64,000 bases of DNA, taken from Gammaproteobacteria bacterium (lineage in GTDB: Bacteria; Pseudomonadota; Gammaproteobacteria; JBCCGL01). The stretch spans positions 384,001 through 448,000 of the forward strand of contig OZ255836.1 of the NCBI GenBank assembly GCA_965277715.1, in the 5' to 3' direction. Below, piece after piece: positions 45,231 to 55,904 of the stretch (its first letter is position 1; the number at the start of each line of letters is the position of its first letter). Position numbers and translations under genes: made by a program. The notes beneath the pieces are model-generated. The model searched no databases, was not told where the DNA came from, and was given only the letters and a program-made list of their open reading frames with translations.

Positions 45231-46619
45231 ATGAAACCCGTTTTTGCCCTGGTCGGTCGTCCCAATGTCGGCAAGTCGACCCTGTTTAATAAATTAACCC
45301 GCACACGCGATGCGCTGGTAGCCGATATGCCGGGTCTTACCCGTGATCGGCAGTACGGCGATGGAAAAGTGGGGGAGGGGGAATACATCGTTGTCGATAC
45401 CGGTGGGCTGAGTGGTGAAAAAGAAGCGCTCGACGTCAGCATGGCACGGCAGACACTCACGGCGATTGCCGATGCCGATATTATTTTTTTTATTGTCGAT
45501 GCGCGTGGTGGGCTAAGTCCGGTAGATGCCGACCTGGCGAATGCCATGCGCCGTTTCAACAAACCGATATTGCTGGTTGTCAATAAAGTCGACGGCCTTG
45601 ATGTTGATCGCGCCAGCAGTGATTTTTTTAGTTTGGGGTTCAGTGCCTTAGCGGCGACTTCTGCGGCACACAACCGTGGCATTGTGCAATTGGTTGAGCA
45701 GGCTTTTACCCTGCTGCCAGACGATGACAGTGAGGCAACTGAGGCTGATGAAGACGACGAGCAGCGTGTACGTATCGCTATTGTAGGTCGTCCCAATGCG
45801 GGAAAATCCACGCTGATTAACCGCCTGGTGGGTGAGGAACGCGTTGTCGCCAGCGCGCTGCCCGGCACGACGCGGGACAGTGTCAACGTGCCCTTTGAAC
45901 GCGATAAAGTGCTGTATACCCTGATTGATACAGCGGGGGTGCGCCGTCGTGGCAAGGTCAGAGAGACGGTGGAAAAATTTAGTGTAATTAAGACGTTACA
46001 ATCTATTGAGGCGGCGCATGTTGCCGTATTGATGTTGGATGCCAAAGAGGGTATTGCCGATCAGGATCTGCACTTGCTCGATTATATTATCAGCAGTGGC
46101 CGGGGTTTGGTGATTGCGATTAATAAGTGCGATGGGCTGAGCAGTGAAGCCAGGCAGGATATCAAGCACGAAATTGACCGGCGGCTGGCGTTTGCGCAGT
46201 TTGCACGCATCCACTTTATCTCTGCGCTGCAGGGTACCAGCGTCGGTAAGTTGATAAAATCGGTTCACTCGGCGTACCGCTCGTCGATGGTGGATATGTC
46301 GACGCCGGAGCTGACGCGTATGCTTGAGTACGCAGTACAGCAACACCAACCACCGCTGGCAAATGGGCGGCGTATCAAATTGCGCTATGCTCACCAGGGT
46401 GGCTCCAACCCGCCGTTGATCATTATTCACGGCACTAAAACGGATAAAGTGCCTACAAGCTATCAGCGTTATTTGAGTAATTTCTTTATTGATGCACTGA
46501 AACTGCAAGGTACGCCATTGCGTATGGCATTTAAGTCATCAGAAAATCCTTTTAAGGGGCGGCAGGTCGGGCGTTCTGCCAAAGAAGGCCGTGTGCGTGA
46601 GCATCGGCGTAACCGTTAG
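45231..46619 (+). CDS. der: Ribosome biogenesis GTPase Der
   Basis: Two G domains (GRPNVGKST, GRPNAGKST), YAHQGG KH-like tail. Confidence 0.97.
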   Translation: MKPVFALVGRPNVGKSTLFNKLTRTRDALVADMPGLTRDRQYGDGKVGEGEYIVVDTGGLSGEKEALDVSMARQTLTAIADADIIFFIVDARGGLSPVDADLANAMRRFNKPILLVVNKVDGLDVDRASSDFFSLGFSALAATSAAHNRGIVQLVEQAFTLLPDDDSEATEADEDDEQRVRIAIVGRPNAGKSTLINRLVGEERVVASALPGTTRDSVNVPFERDKVLYTLIDTAGVRRRGKVRETVEKFSVIKTLQSIEAAHVAVLMLDAKEGIADQDLHLLDYIISSGRGLVIAINKCDGLSSEARQDIKHEIDRRLAFAQFARIHFISALQGTSVGKLIKSVHSAYRSSMVDMSTPELTRMLEYAVQQHQPPLANGRRIKLRYAHQGGSNPPLIIIHGTKTDKVPTSYQRYLSNFFIDALKLQGTPLRMAFKSSENPFKGRQVGRSAKEGRVREHRRNR

Positions 46620-46898
46620 TTCACTGTTGATTTTTAATTGATGGGATTATGTGAGGAATGTAATCGTTGGCGGTTGTAAAAAAACCTCAATGTATTCAAA
46701 AATAGCTTGTCTGACCTCCTCTCGGGTTGACCAGCTTTGCTGGTAAATTAATGCTGTTTTCAGTGTGTGGAAAAAGCTTTCTGCAACACTATTAACACTC
46801 GGGGAACACCAATACTGATCGACAGGTCAACGCAAAGGCAAAAAAGCCAATCCCAGCACGGGTCAGATCAGCAGGGTATTCTCAAGCATAGTAGACTG

Positions 46899-46985
46899 AG
46901 TATCCCAGCAATTGCCTTTGCGGCTCATACTTTGAATGATCTGGTGACAGAGAGCCGTTATCGAGCGGTACGCAGCATTCGAGAA
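46899..46985 (-). mobile_element. IS3-family transposase core fragment
   Basis: Minus strand reads ...QIIQSMSRKGNCWD, the IS3 OrfB signature; isolated fragment. Confidence 0.7.
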
Positions 46986-46999
46986 TCACGCCAGTACGC

Positions 47000-47494
47000 T
47001 GTTACTTCCGCTGGTTGGCCCGAGAGAATTATATTCTGTACAACTCGGCGAGTGATTTAGCGTTACCGCGTTTAGGGCAACGGCTACCGAGAACGGTACT
47101 GACACCGAGGGAAGTGGAACAGGTTATGGGGCAAGTGGACGTCAGTACAGCGCAGGGCATCCGAGGTCGAGCGATCCTGGAGACGTTATACAGTACGGGT
47201 TTGCGGTGTTCGGAGTTGGCGAATCTGGGGCTTTGGGATATAGACGCAGCGCGTGGCACGGTATTGGTGAGAGAGGGAAAGGGGAATAAAGACCGTATAG
47301 TGCCGATAGGGGAAAGCGCGTTGTACTGGGTACGTCGTTATCGCGATGAAGTGCGTGCGGGGCTTGTGATTGTTGAGAGAGAGGAAACTTTATTCCTGTC
47401 AGCGTATAGTCGAGGATTTAAAGGGAATGTGCTATCGGCTTTGGTGGGTGGTTATGTTGATTGCGCGAAGTTAGGCAAGCGGGGCAGTTGCCAT
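47000..47494 (+). pseudogene. Truncated XerC/XerD-like tyrosine recombinase
   Basis: LPR..LT..EV, RAILETLYSTGLR.SEL, GKGNKDRIVPIG; cut at GSCH before completing H-x-x-R and before the catalytic Tyr. Confidence 0.85.
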
Positions 47495-47862
47495 GTTAGC
47501 AGAGGTAATGCCAGAAATGACGCTACCATTGGCCAGCTTAAAACACAAACCCGGATCACCCCTTTGAGTGTCGGCCACCACGATATTAGCAAAGCCTGCC
47601 AAAGGGGTTTTATTCTGTCTTGATTGAATAGTTTTACGGGAACATTTACGGTGCCAATAGTAAAACTGCTTCAAGTTGATGCCGTTATCCTGGCAAAACT
47701 GCGCACCACTCAAACCGGATGCTTGCCATTGTTCAATTTGATTGCGCCAGTACGACGCACGTTCTTTATTGCTCATATTACACCTAGCGGGTATTGGGTT
47801 GCTGTGGTGCAGTGTGAAGGGCGATCAGAGTAATTGGTAGACGCCTATTCTTTGGCGCTTAC
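47492..47862 (-). mobile_element. IS66 left-end remnant (terminal IR plus truncated tnpA)
   Basis: IR GTAAGCGCC at 47862-47854; TnpA YWRNQIEQWQASGLS...FC...FYYW starting at 47776. Confidence 0.85.
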
Positions 47863-47937
47863 GTTTGTTCTGAATCATTTTATATTTTCGAATATTGCGA
47901 ATATAATAGCGTTATTCAAAATACTGAGTTCTCCTAT

Positions 47938-48393
47938 ATGAGCACTTCACTCACGATATTACCTTCTCCAGAAGAAGCAGCTTTGGCGCGTAAGAGTAGC
48001 CGTGAACTGTCGGCGTTTTTATCTGCACACAAGCCTATACAGCAACTGAGCATCACCGATACTACGGGGGCGACCCATACCGTAGAGGTACCGGTTACCG
48101 CTTTGCGGCTATTGGTGGAATCGCTGGCCTGTCTAGGCGGTGGTCACGGCGTTAACCTGGCACCGGTCAGTGCAGAACTGACAACCCAGGAGGCGGCGGA
48201 CATTTTACAGATGTCGCGGCCGACCTGTATCAAGTTATTGGAAACAGGCGCTATAGCGTATCACCGGGTCGGTAACCGGCGTAAGGTACGCTATGCGGAT
48301 GTGGTGGAATATAAGACGACTCAGGAGGCCAAACGCCGGGATGCCTTGGAACAATTATCAGCGCTGGATCAGGAACTGGGTTTGGGGTATTGA
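47938..48393 (+). CDS. Excisionase-type HTH protein, putative antitoxin
   Basis: ELTTQEAADILQMSRP..IKLLETG...VGNRRKV; overlaps the PIN gene. Confidence 0.85.
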   Translation: MSTSLTILPSPEEAALARKSSRELSAFLSAHKPIQQLSITDTTGATHTVEVPVTALRLLVESLACLGGGHGVNLAPVSAELTTQEAADILQMSRPTCIKLLETGAIAYHRVGNRRKVRYADVVEYKTTQEAKRRDALEQLSALDQELGLGY

Positions 48394-48965
48394 TGTCCGC
48401 ACCGCCCACAGTGGTGTACGACGCCTGTGTGTTATACCCTGCGCCGTTGCGCAGCCTGCTGATGTATATCGCTCTGGCGGGTCTGTGTCGTGCTCGCTGG
48501 ACAGACACCATCCACGAGGAGTGGATACGCAGTGTGCTTAAAAATCGCCCGGATTTACATCGACAACAACTACTTCGGGTACGAGACTTAATGAACCGAC
48601 ATGCCCCGGACGCACTGGTAGAGGGATATGAACCGCACATTTCGACGCTAACCTTACCCGACCCGGAAGACCGGCACGTACTGGCTTGTGCATTACAATC
48701 GGAGGCGGAGTTTATCGTCACCTTTAATGGCAAAGATTTTCCCGCGCAGGCGCTACAACCCCACCACGTTCGAGCCGTGCATCCTGATGATTTTCTGTTG
48801 GATCTTCTGCAGCGCTACACCGATGCAGTCTTAGATGCTGCGCGAGTGCACCGGGCCGGTTTGAAAAATCTGCCGATGGACGGTGAGGCCTACCTGGGTT
48901 GTCTACTAAGACAACGGTTGCCGCAAACCGTTGCCCGGTTGCGGCTCCACGCATCTGCTATATAA
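48390..48965 (+). CDS. PIN-domain protein (putative toxin)
   Basis: VVYDACVLYP, IHEEW, LPDPEDRHVLACA, IVTFNGKDFP. Confidence 0.88.
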   Translation: MMSAPPTVVYDACVLYPAPLRSLLMYIALAGLCRARWTDTIHEEWIRSVLKNRPDLHRQQLLRVRDLMNRHAPDALVEGYEPHISTLTLPDPEDRHVLACALQSEAEFIVTFNGKDFPAQALQPHHVRAVHPDDFLLDLLQRYTDAVLDAARVHRAGLKNLPMDGEAYLGCLLRQRLPQTVARLRLHASAI

Positions 48966-49017
48966 ATGATAAGCACCACAAGACAAAGGTTTTCATCGAC
49001 ACATTGCCGGAGGGTGT

Positions 49018-49404
49018 TCAAAGGCCGGATACCACAGCCTCAATAGCCGGAATAGCGATATTCCATACCGTTTGACCCGGTGCTACCAAAGGCAAGGTCG
49101 CCGACATCACACTCTCAATCACGGTAGGCGTGTTGTACAACCCCATACCACCGCCCACACCAAGCGCAAACCCCATTAAACTCTGTCGGGCGATACCAGC
49201 CACCAGACCGACAATCACCATCGCCCCGGCGATAATCCGTCCCAGGGTTCCCTGAGTCCAGTCTTTCAAGGTGTTCCATACGGCATCAAAGGCCGTTCCG
49301 CCCGTACCCGCCAGGGCCGGATCGGTTATCAAAAGCCCGATAACACCGATGGCACTAATAAGCACCATTTGCTGAGTGGATAAGGTTACAGGTAATTTCA
49401 TCAT
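49018..49404 (-). CDS. traA: Conjugative pilin, SXT/IncC TraA-like
   Basis: AGTGGTAFDAVW..L.DWTQGTLGRI...GIARQSLM; last gene of the traLEKBV block. Confidence 0.8.
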   Translation of the reverse strand: MMKLPVTLSTQQMVLISAIGVIGLLITDPALAGTGGTAFDAVWNTLKDWTQGTLGRIIAGAMVIVGLVAGIARQSLMGFALGVGGGMGLYNTPTVIESVMSATLPLVAPGQTVWNIAIPAIEAVVSGL

Positions 49405-49895
49405 TCGCGGTTTTCTCCGTACAGGTTAAGTTCAGGCCGCCGGACGGGTTTATTGTCCGTAACGGCAGGGTTTTGCAAAGGCCGCAACCCCGGCTGGGGA
49501 TTGCGGGATATAGGTTCACCTAAACGCCAACGGCGGGAGGTGATTTCGGTAACGATGGTGCCAGGCAGGTGCAGATCGCCTTGATCATCCTCCCAGGGTA
49601 CGACCCATATCCGCAGGATGCGGGGAACCGTACGTAGCGGCCGGGTTTCCAGTGCTGGCGATGAAACCGTCTCGGATATAGCGATACGCAGTATGACAGC
49701 CGCTTTACGTGCCAACGCGACCATAGCAACATCACTGCCGCTTATCTGCTGATACACGTCCCGCGCCGACTGGCAACGCACCCCGATGGGCAGACCGGAA
49801 CAACCGTATTCGGTGTTACCCACATCCCAGGCGTCGCAACCGCTTAAGCCTCCTAACGGAAGCGCCAAAAACCATAAAAAAACCAAACGGTGCAT
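49401..49895 (-). CDS. traV: F-type T4SS lipoprotein TraV
   Basis: Lipobox LSGC, YGC.G...C.S...VY, LRIWVVPWED..GDLH. Confidence 0.85.
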   Translation of the reverse strand: MHRLVFLWFLALPLGGLSGCDAWDVGNTEYGCSGLPIGVRCQSARDVYQQISGSDVAMVALARKAAVILRIAISETVSSPALETRPLRTVPRILRIWVVPWEDDQGDLHLPGTIVTEITSRRWRLGEPISRNPQPGLRPLQNPAVTDNKPVRRPELNLYGENRE

Positions 49896-49968
49896 AGGTA
49901 TACCTCGATAGATATTCAGCATAATGTCAGTTGTAGGCTATCAGCGGTGGGCAAGATGCCATTTTTCG

Positions 49969-51270
49969 TCAACTTTCACGCCCGGTAGGAGGCAAGGCTA
50001 ATGCTGTATCACGGGTAACAACCACCTCCACCCGTCGCGCTGCATCGATCTCAATCACTGGAAACAGCTTTTCCGCTAAATCCAGATAAAGCTGCGCAAC
50101 CCGCTCCAACGCCGTACTGGCACCTTTAATCGAAGCACCTTGTACTGCCTGCGCACTCAATACCTGTTGGTAGCGTTGGGTTTCATCCGCCACACCGGTT
50201 TGAATAACGGGCACGGGATTCACATCAAAAGCCCCGGCCAGTCCCTGTAAAAATCCAGCAGTGAGGGATTTGGCGATCAACTACCCCTGCTTGGTAACCA
50301 ACCGATCTCGCAGACCGGCTTTACCGTCTTCGCCGACCGCATAGCTGTCTAAGCGGGTTTCCATTACCCCACCGTCATCGCGGATACAAGAGAGGGTTTC
50401 CCCGCGCAGATAAGCACGTTCGGAACTTAAGTCGCCATAACCGGCAGCCAGCAAAAAGCAGGCGCGGATATCGGCGCGAAAACGGTTAGGTAGGATGGCG
50501 GCTTGATCCAGACGGATTAATACTGGAAACGGTTCACGCTGGGCAGCGTCGTGGGTAGGCGCGTCGAGGCCGGTAATCAATGCGCCGGAAAGTATACTCC
50601 CGGTGGGTAGATACAGCGGCGGCGGTTCGCTCACCATAACGTCCGACTCCGCTATCGGTTCCGGTTCCGGCTCAATCATCCGTATTGCAGTAGGGGGCGA
50701 TACGCTCGCAGAGGGTTTACCGTCAGGGTAGGGTGGTGTCACCACCGGCAAAGGCGCGGTGGCAAAATACGTGGTCGCCGGGATAGAAACGGTGTCTACC
50801 TCTTCGGATAAAGACGTGAGAGAAAGCGCCATTGGCTTTGTACCTTCGCCCGCTTCCTGTACCAGCATTTCCAGAACAAAGCTCTCCTCCGTAACCGTAG
50901 TACCGGCTGATGATGCCTCCAGTTCGGTACGCAACTGCTGTAACGCATCCTCCCAAGCCGGTGGAACGCCTGCTACGCCATCTTGCCGCCGAGCCTGATC
51001 TACATCACGTCGCAAGGTATCGATTTGCTGTTGCAAGGTGGTGTTTTTGGCATTCAGCATCTTGACCTGGGCGGCCAGACTGTCCACCACGACAGCGCGA
51101 GTATTGGCGTCGGTCAGAATATGCCGGATAGGTTCCGGGGCGCGGCGGTCATTATCATCGCTATCAACTGGCGCGAATAACGCTACCAACACCGCAAATA
51201 CCCCGGCGATTCCGGTCAGCGTCAGCCCCCGCTTAACGGTAGGGTGCAGGGATTCCCAGGCAGTTTGCAT
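49969..51270 (-). pseudogene. traB: F-type T4SS TraB (VirB10-like) split by an in-frame TAG
   Basis: LPTGS....LITGLDA, GYGDLSSERAY, GEDGKAGLR.RLVTKQG*LIAKSL, FPVIEIDA; stop at 50283-50281. Confidence 0.85.
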
Positions 51271-52171
51271 TACGGCTGCCCTCCAGGTAACAGTGAGGGC
51301 CGCGTAACGGTAGCGTCCGCCTCTTTTGCCTTACGCATTACGATAAAGACTTCGGTTTGTTCGCCCGGTAAAAGCGTTTCTTTTGGCCAGAATGCACCTG
51401 CCGCCATACTGGGGCTATGACAGGAGACCGCTTTTAGCGCAAGCAACCGTTCGGCAAAGCTGCGGACAACTCCGACATAAGCCGTAAAGTGATGACCAGT
51501 AAGCACTTGACCGCCAGTAAAATCAAACCGGGAACCCGGTTGAAAACAGTGTGGAATATGTTCCCCTGTCTGTACCGGGCGCAGGCCATAACCGGGGGGT
51601 AAGACGTTTAAAGCCAATGCACGAAACAATGCCCGTAGTGTATCTGTGTAAGTATCAGCGGTTTCCCAGCGCGCTGCTTTGGCGGTGGTGATACGTACTG
51701 GCTGATAACCTTCTGCCAGCCGTAAAGTTAGCTCACGTGGCGGTATCCGTTTGGGCACAAGCGTTAATGATAACGCCGGTTGTTCGGTATCGGCCGGGGT
51801 AATATAAAGCGCCACCGGGGTGTCATTATCCGTTGCCAGGTACACCACGTTATCGACGATTTGGGTTTGCGCATCGTTGGTAGTACGAATACGCGGGCCA
51901 TCAAATGGGGTGACAATACGGTTTAAGTGACCGAGGGCAATAGGTGCCAGCTCATTCACACCGGGTATTAATATCAGTGGTGTGGATGCTGCCGACTCTA
52001 CTGAGGTATGGGAGTTGGATACCGTAGCATCCCCTGTGTTCGCTGGACGCATAATATCGGCCGGAACGGCAGGTAACTCGACTTCACCAGCTACCGACAA
52101 TAGAGGCCAGACTAAAAAAAACCTGTAAGCAGCCAGCGACGGATAAAACGGGAAATTACGCTAGGCATCAT
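51270..52171 (-). pseudogene. traK: F-type T4SS TraK, frameshifted in an 8-nt homopolymer in the signal-peptide region
   Basis: GHLNRIVTPF, LSLTLVPKRIP, LLPGEQTEVF; ATG 52171 with GGAGG RBS meets TAG after T8, and one extra T restores the frame. Confidence 0.8.
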
Positions 52172-52778
52172 TTGCCCTCCGTTGCGTTTTAAGGTTCTGT
52201 TGTGCGCGTACTTTTTGTGTACGGGCCTGACCTTCGTAGGTGTCCATCCAGGTCAACAAAGGCCGGTAATGATCGATCTCCAGTACAAACTCGTAGGTGC
52301 GCGTTTGACGCTCGGCGTCCCCGGCAGGCCCAGCGATGCGTGAGTAGCCCGTAATAAAGACTTTGCCGCTCACCGCCTCAAACTGCACCAAACGTGGCTG
52401 AAAACGCAAGGTAATACGATCCTCCCGAATCTGCTGGGCTTGAGATTCCAATACCCGCATCACATCGGCGTAAACCGTGGGTGACAATAAAGGCTCTAAT
52501 GTTTCACGGATAAAACGCAGATTACCGGGGGTTACATTGCCGATCAGTTCCGCCAGACATAGCCCCCAGGCTTCCAGGTACGACTGAGAGGCGTGACTGC
52601 GGGCGACTTCCGCCGAAGCGGACAGGCCCGGCGGTTGTAATACCACCACCGTGTTGCGGGAGAAGGTGGCCACGGCTAGCAGCAGATTGGCTACTACCAG
52701 TATGGCCAATGCAGCCCGCTGCCAGCGGTTTTCCATCAGAACCCCTTGCCAGGTCTGTAAAAAGGCTGCGAGCTTCAT
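52161..52778 (-). CDS. traE: F-type T4SS TraE
   Basis: N-terminal TM, VVLQPP, YLEAWG...AELIGNVTP. Confidence 0.85.
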   Translation of the reverse strand: MKLAAFLQTWQGVLMENRWQRAALAILVVANLLLAVATFSRNTVVVLQPPGLSASAEVARSHASQSYLEAWGLCLAELIGNVTPGNLRFIRETLEPLLSPTVYADVMRVLESQAQQIREDRITLRFQPRLVQFEAVSGKVFITGYSRIAGPAGDAERQTRTYEFVLEIDHYRPLLTWMDTYEGQARTQKVRAQQNLKTQRRANDA

Positions 52779-53056
52779 GGGAAATATACCCGGATAAACG
52801 GATTGGGAATGGTACGCGCCTTGGTTGGTAACAGACCCGCCCAATAGAGGGCGTGCAATAAATACCCATCGGGATGGCCGTCACGAAAACGGCGGTACAA
52901 GCGGGTCACGGCAAGGCCCAACAAACACAATAAAAGTGCCTGGCCGGTGAGAATGCCGATCACCAGACCGAGCATCAATGGGGCGATTTCATCAGCGCTC
53001 CAGAGTAGAAAATGGGGTGGATCGTCTATATACGACGGGATGGATACCGGCTCCAT
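52775..53056 (-). CDS. traL: F-type T4SS TraL
   Basis: IPSYIDDPPHFLLWSADE, DGYLLHALYWAG. Confidence 0.9.
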   Translation of the reverse strand: MEPVSIPSYIDDPPHFLLWSADEIAPLMLGLVIGILTGQALLLCLLGLAVTRLYRRFRDGHPDGYLLHALYWAGLLPTKARTIPNPFIRVYFP

Positions 53057-53238
53057 GTTGACCTCAAGTTAATTAGAGGTGAGTAGGATGCCGCTTTTTG
53101 GGTTTGCTCAGCAGTGGGTTAAGTGCAAGTTTTTGTCACCTTTTGCGGGTTCGGTGCGGACACCGAATTTCGATACATAATTACCATCTGCACCATTAAC
53201 CCCTTTACCTTTAATAACATCCGGGTATATTGGCAAGT

Positions 53239-54111
53239 ATGAATGACAACATCGCCCACCTACCGGAATCCAAACAGGACGAGCTAAGACGTATTGCTGA
53301 AGTAATGCGCAAAGAATGCGATAGCGTGGAAATGGTTGTTCTATTTGGCTCCTATGCGCGTGGCGACTGGAAGGACGGCCCGCACGAACAGGGTCGGGGC
53401 CGATTGGTTATTCATAAAAAAAGTGACTACGATATTCTTGCTATTACCCGCCACGAATACATTGCAAAAGATGTGACGCTTTGGCACAAGATCAAAGATG
53501 AATGCACCAAACTGAACGTCAGCGCCTACGTTCGCATTCTTGCCCGTGATATTGAGTTTATTAATTACAAGCTTCATCAGGGACAGTACTTTTTTACCGA
53601 GATCATACAACAAGGTATCGCGCTTTATAACAGTGGAAATGTAGAGTTGGATGAAAAGCGACCGCTTGATCCTGCTGAGGAAAAGCGGATTATCCAAGAA
53701 GATTTGGATGAGATATTTTCATCAGCTAAAGCTTTTTATGAGGGCTGCGAGTGGAATATGACAAAGGAATATTTCAAGATAGCAGCTTTCAATCTTCATC
53801 AGGCATGCGAACATGCCTACAAAACCATTTTGCTGGTTTTTGCAGGTGAAAGTCCTCAAGAACATCATCTGGATGTTTTGGGTGATATGGCGGCTGACTA
53901 TTGCCCGGAATTGGCAAGTGTACTGCCGAGAGAAAAACCGGAGCAAAAAGCGCTATTCGAGTTATTGGATTATGCATATATTGGCGCTCGTTATGACCGG
54001 AGTTATAAAATTACCCAAGAGCAGTTGTTAGTTTTGATTCCCTGCGTGAAAAAACTGCATGAAGTGGTCGAAAAATGTAGCAGTGAGCGTATGGCGGGTT
54101 TTAAGGATTAA
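53239..54111 (+). CDS. Fused minimal nucleotidyltransferase (MNT)-HEPN protein
   Basis: VLFGSYARGDW..SDYDIL; AFNLHQACE, HHLDVL, AYIGARY. Confidence 0.88.
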   Translation: MNDNIAHLPESKQDELRRIAEVMRKECDSVEMVVLFGSYARGDWKDGPHEQGRGRLVIHKKSDYDILAITRHEYIAKDVTLWHKIKDECTKLNVSAYVRILARDIEFINYKLHQGQYFFTEIIQQGIALYNSGNVELDEKRPLDPAEEKRIIQEDLDEIFSSAKAFYEGCEWNMTKEYFKIAAFNLHQACEHAYKTILLVFAGESPQEHHLDVLGDMAADYCPELASVLPREKPEQKALFELLDYAYIGARYDRSYKITQEQLLVLIPCVKKLHEVVEKCSSERMAGFKD

Positions 54112-54141
54112 AGAATTGCGAATCTACGCAATGCAAAGTGA

Positions 54142-54246
54142 CTACATTCGGCAGAAATGGCTTTGTACCAGGCGAAGCAAAATGGCAGAAACTGCATCCA
54201 TGCGGAGATGAAGGGCATCGCTCACGGAGAATCTACCTTACGCTGA
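54142..54246 (+). pseudogene. C-terminal remnant of a GGDEF diguanylate cyclase
   Basis: AEMALYQAKQNGRNC matches the GGDEF-domain end motif. Confidence 0.65.
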
Positions 54247-54255
54247 ATTCAGGTA

Positions 54256-55050
54256 TTACAAAGTAGACAACATCTTCATCGCACTTTCACTACCGGCCCA
54301 ATATTTTCCATAACATCGCCAATACTCATACGCCTGATCGGCTCCACCCCAGGTAATCCCGCCCGACCAGCTTGATTTTGGCCGGGTGTGTCGTTTCTTT
54401 TTCAGTTCTTTAGCTACCAATGGAAGCGTATTGGTTGCCGAGACTAACAGCGGTTTAGCTTTATCGACTTCCCCCAGCAGTATCAACGCCAACGGATAGG
54501 TATAGGCAATTTCAGGGCCGCCGTCATCAGCATATGCTTTGCAGTGACGCACTATGGATAACACATCACCTTTTTCCAACCACAGTTCAGGAAGCAGATA
54601 ACGTACGCCTAAATTGTCGTTGGGACAAACCGCCAGAAGCCGGGAGTACACGGTTATGGCGGCATCCAGCTCACTTCGTTTTATGTACCACAGTCCCAGA
54701 TTATGATAGGCGCGCATAAAGGGGCGGTTTTCCAGAGCAAGCCATTCAATACGGGATTTTTTCCAGTTAAACTTTTCGGGCAGGGCCGAGAGGCCGATGC
54801 GGGTGGCTTCGCGGCAGCACAGATACGCCTCTAGCTCACGGGAGGTTTCTTCAAACAGCAACGAGAGGTGATGAAAGGCATCGATATGCCGGGGGTTTTT
54901 GTCGATGAAACTCCGAAGGAGTATTTCTGCTTGATCAAATTGCCCTTTGCGCCAATATTCCAGTGCGTTATCGAATGCCTCGCTTGTTTCCTGCGTAATA
55001 GTCGGATCACAAAAGACCCATTCGCCTTTTTCCCATTCTTCCCATTGCAT
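54256..55050 (-). CDS. TPR-containing hypothetical protein
   Basis: W..LENRPFMRA, PNDNLGVRYLL, helical repeats. Confidence 0.75.
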   Translation of the reverse strand: MQWEEWEKGEWVFCDPTITQETSEAFDNALEYWRKGQFDQAEILLRSFIDKNPRHIDAFHHLSLLFEETSRELEAYLCCREATRIGLSALPEKFNWKKSRIEWLALENRPFMRAYHNLGLWYIKRSELDAAITVYSRLLAVCPNDNLGVRYLLPELWLEKGDVLSIVRHCKAYADDGGPEIAYTYPLALILLGEVDKAKPLLVSATNTLPLVAKELKKKRHTRPKSSWSGGITWGGADQAYEYWRCYGKYWAGSESAMKMLSTL

Positions 55051-55156
55051 ATTTTCTACCGCTTACTATGTGATGTTACTTTTATATTATTCTATAAAAT
55101 TTTCTACGGCGCTATCGTAAACGCCGATGTTAAAAACCGATTTAACACTCAACAAC

Positions 55157-55696
55157 TTACACCCGCTTCTGCACATGACTAAGCGCAAGCCCCGCCAGCA
55201 AGGCCAGCCCCATAATAAATCCCGGCAACACCCAGGGGGGTATTGCTACTGGCATCCACAGGGCCATCCGCAGCAACAGGACACCGTAACCCAGCCCAAC
55301 CATACTAAACCGATGAATTACAGGGCTGGTGTAGTCAAAATTAGTCAGTCTAATCCGCCGAGTCATCCCGCCATCCCACAGGGCCGGTAGCATTAATAGC
55401 AAAGCAAACGGTAGCCAGGCCCGTAACAGCGCTAGGCGCACCAGCATTTGCTGTACGGTAGCGAAGAGTGCGGTGATGCGTCCCTCCACCCAATTAAACC
55501 ATTGCACACCCAGGTTTTCTAACTCGGTCGAGTTTTGGCGTTGTGTCTCCGTGGGAACCATAAAACGGTATACGGCTTGTTCTGCGCCGGTGTCCGTAAC
55601 CCATTGCCGATACCAATCTTTCGCGTGTTGGTTTATCCATTGTTGGGTATCCGGCCCCAGTTGCGATTGTATATAGCCCTGTTCTTTTCTAATCAC
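55157..55696 (-). pseudogene. 5'-truncated DUF4400/TraJ-like conjugative membrane protein
   Basis: WLP...L..PALWDG...RRIR..NFDYTSP, ends QKRV; lacks the N-terminal TM; abuts an AbiEii fragment. Confidence 0.7.
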
Positions 55697-55739
55697 TTTG
55701 CCTGTCCAGTCGCCGCTCGATTAGCCGATGGGCTTTTGA

Positions 55740-55896
55740 GAGCGCTTATCAATGTTCCGCCCTTAAACACAATATCTGATTGGTACGCTGATTCGTGCAA
55801 GCGCTTTAGTACACGCGTCACCCAATAATCCTTTTCCACGTATACCGCCGGGATACGTTGGTACTTTGCTGTGGCTTGAATTAGCTCGCGAAACAC
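55740..55896 (-). pseudogene. N-terminal fragment of an AbiEii-type nucleotidyltransferase toxin
   Basis: VEKDYWVT..L, IVFKGGT then diverges. Confidence 0.75.
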
Positions 55897-55904
55897 GTCA
55901 GTCT

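Noticed and set aside
45203-46045. Long antisense ORFs (here, and e.g. 16883-17557, 17759-18400, 10732-11397)
   Set aside because: Shadows of well-supported genes on the opposite strand with no recognisable motifs.
46705-46720. TGTCTGACCTCC as another end motif at the island's left border
   Set aside because: Mismatched core, no partner IR and no convincing transposase remnant upstream.
50281-50283. Amber readthrough (pyrrolysine) in traB, given an MttB-family gene nearby
   Set aside because: The MttB here has no amber codon, no pyl genes are seen, and neighbouring tra genes are also damaged.
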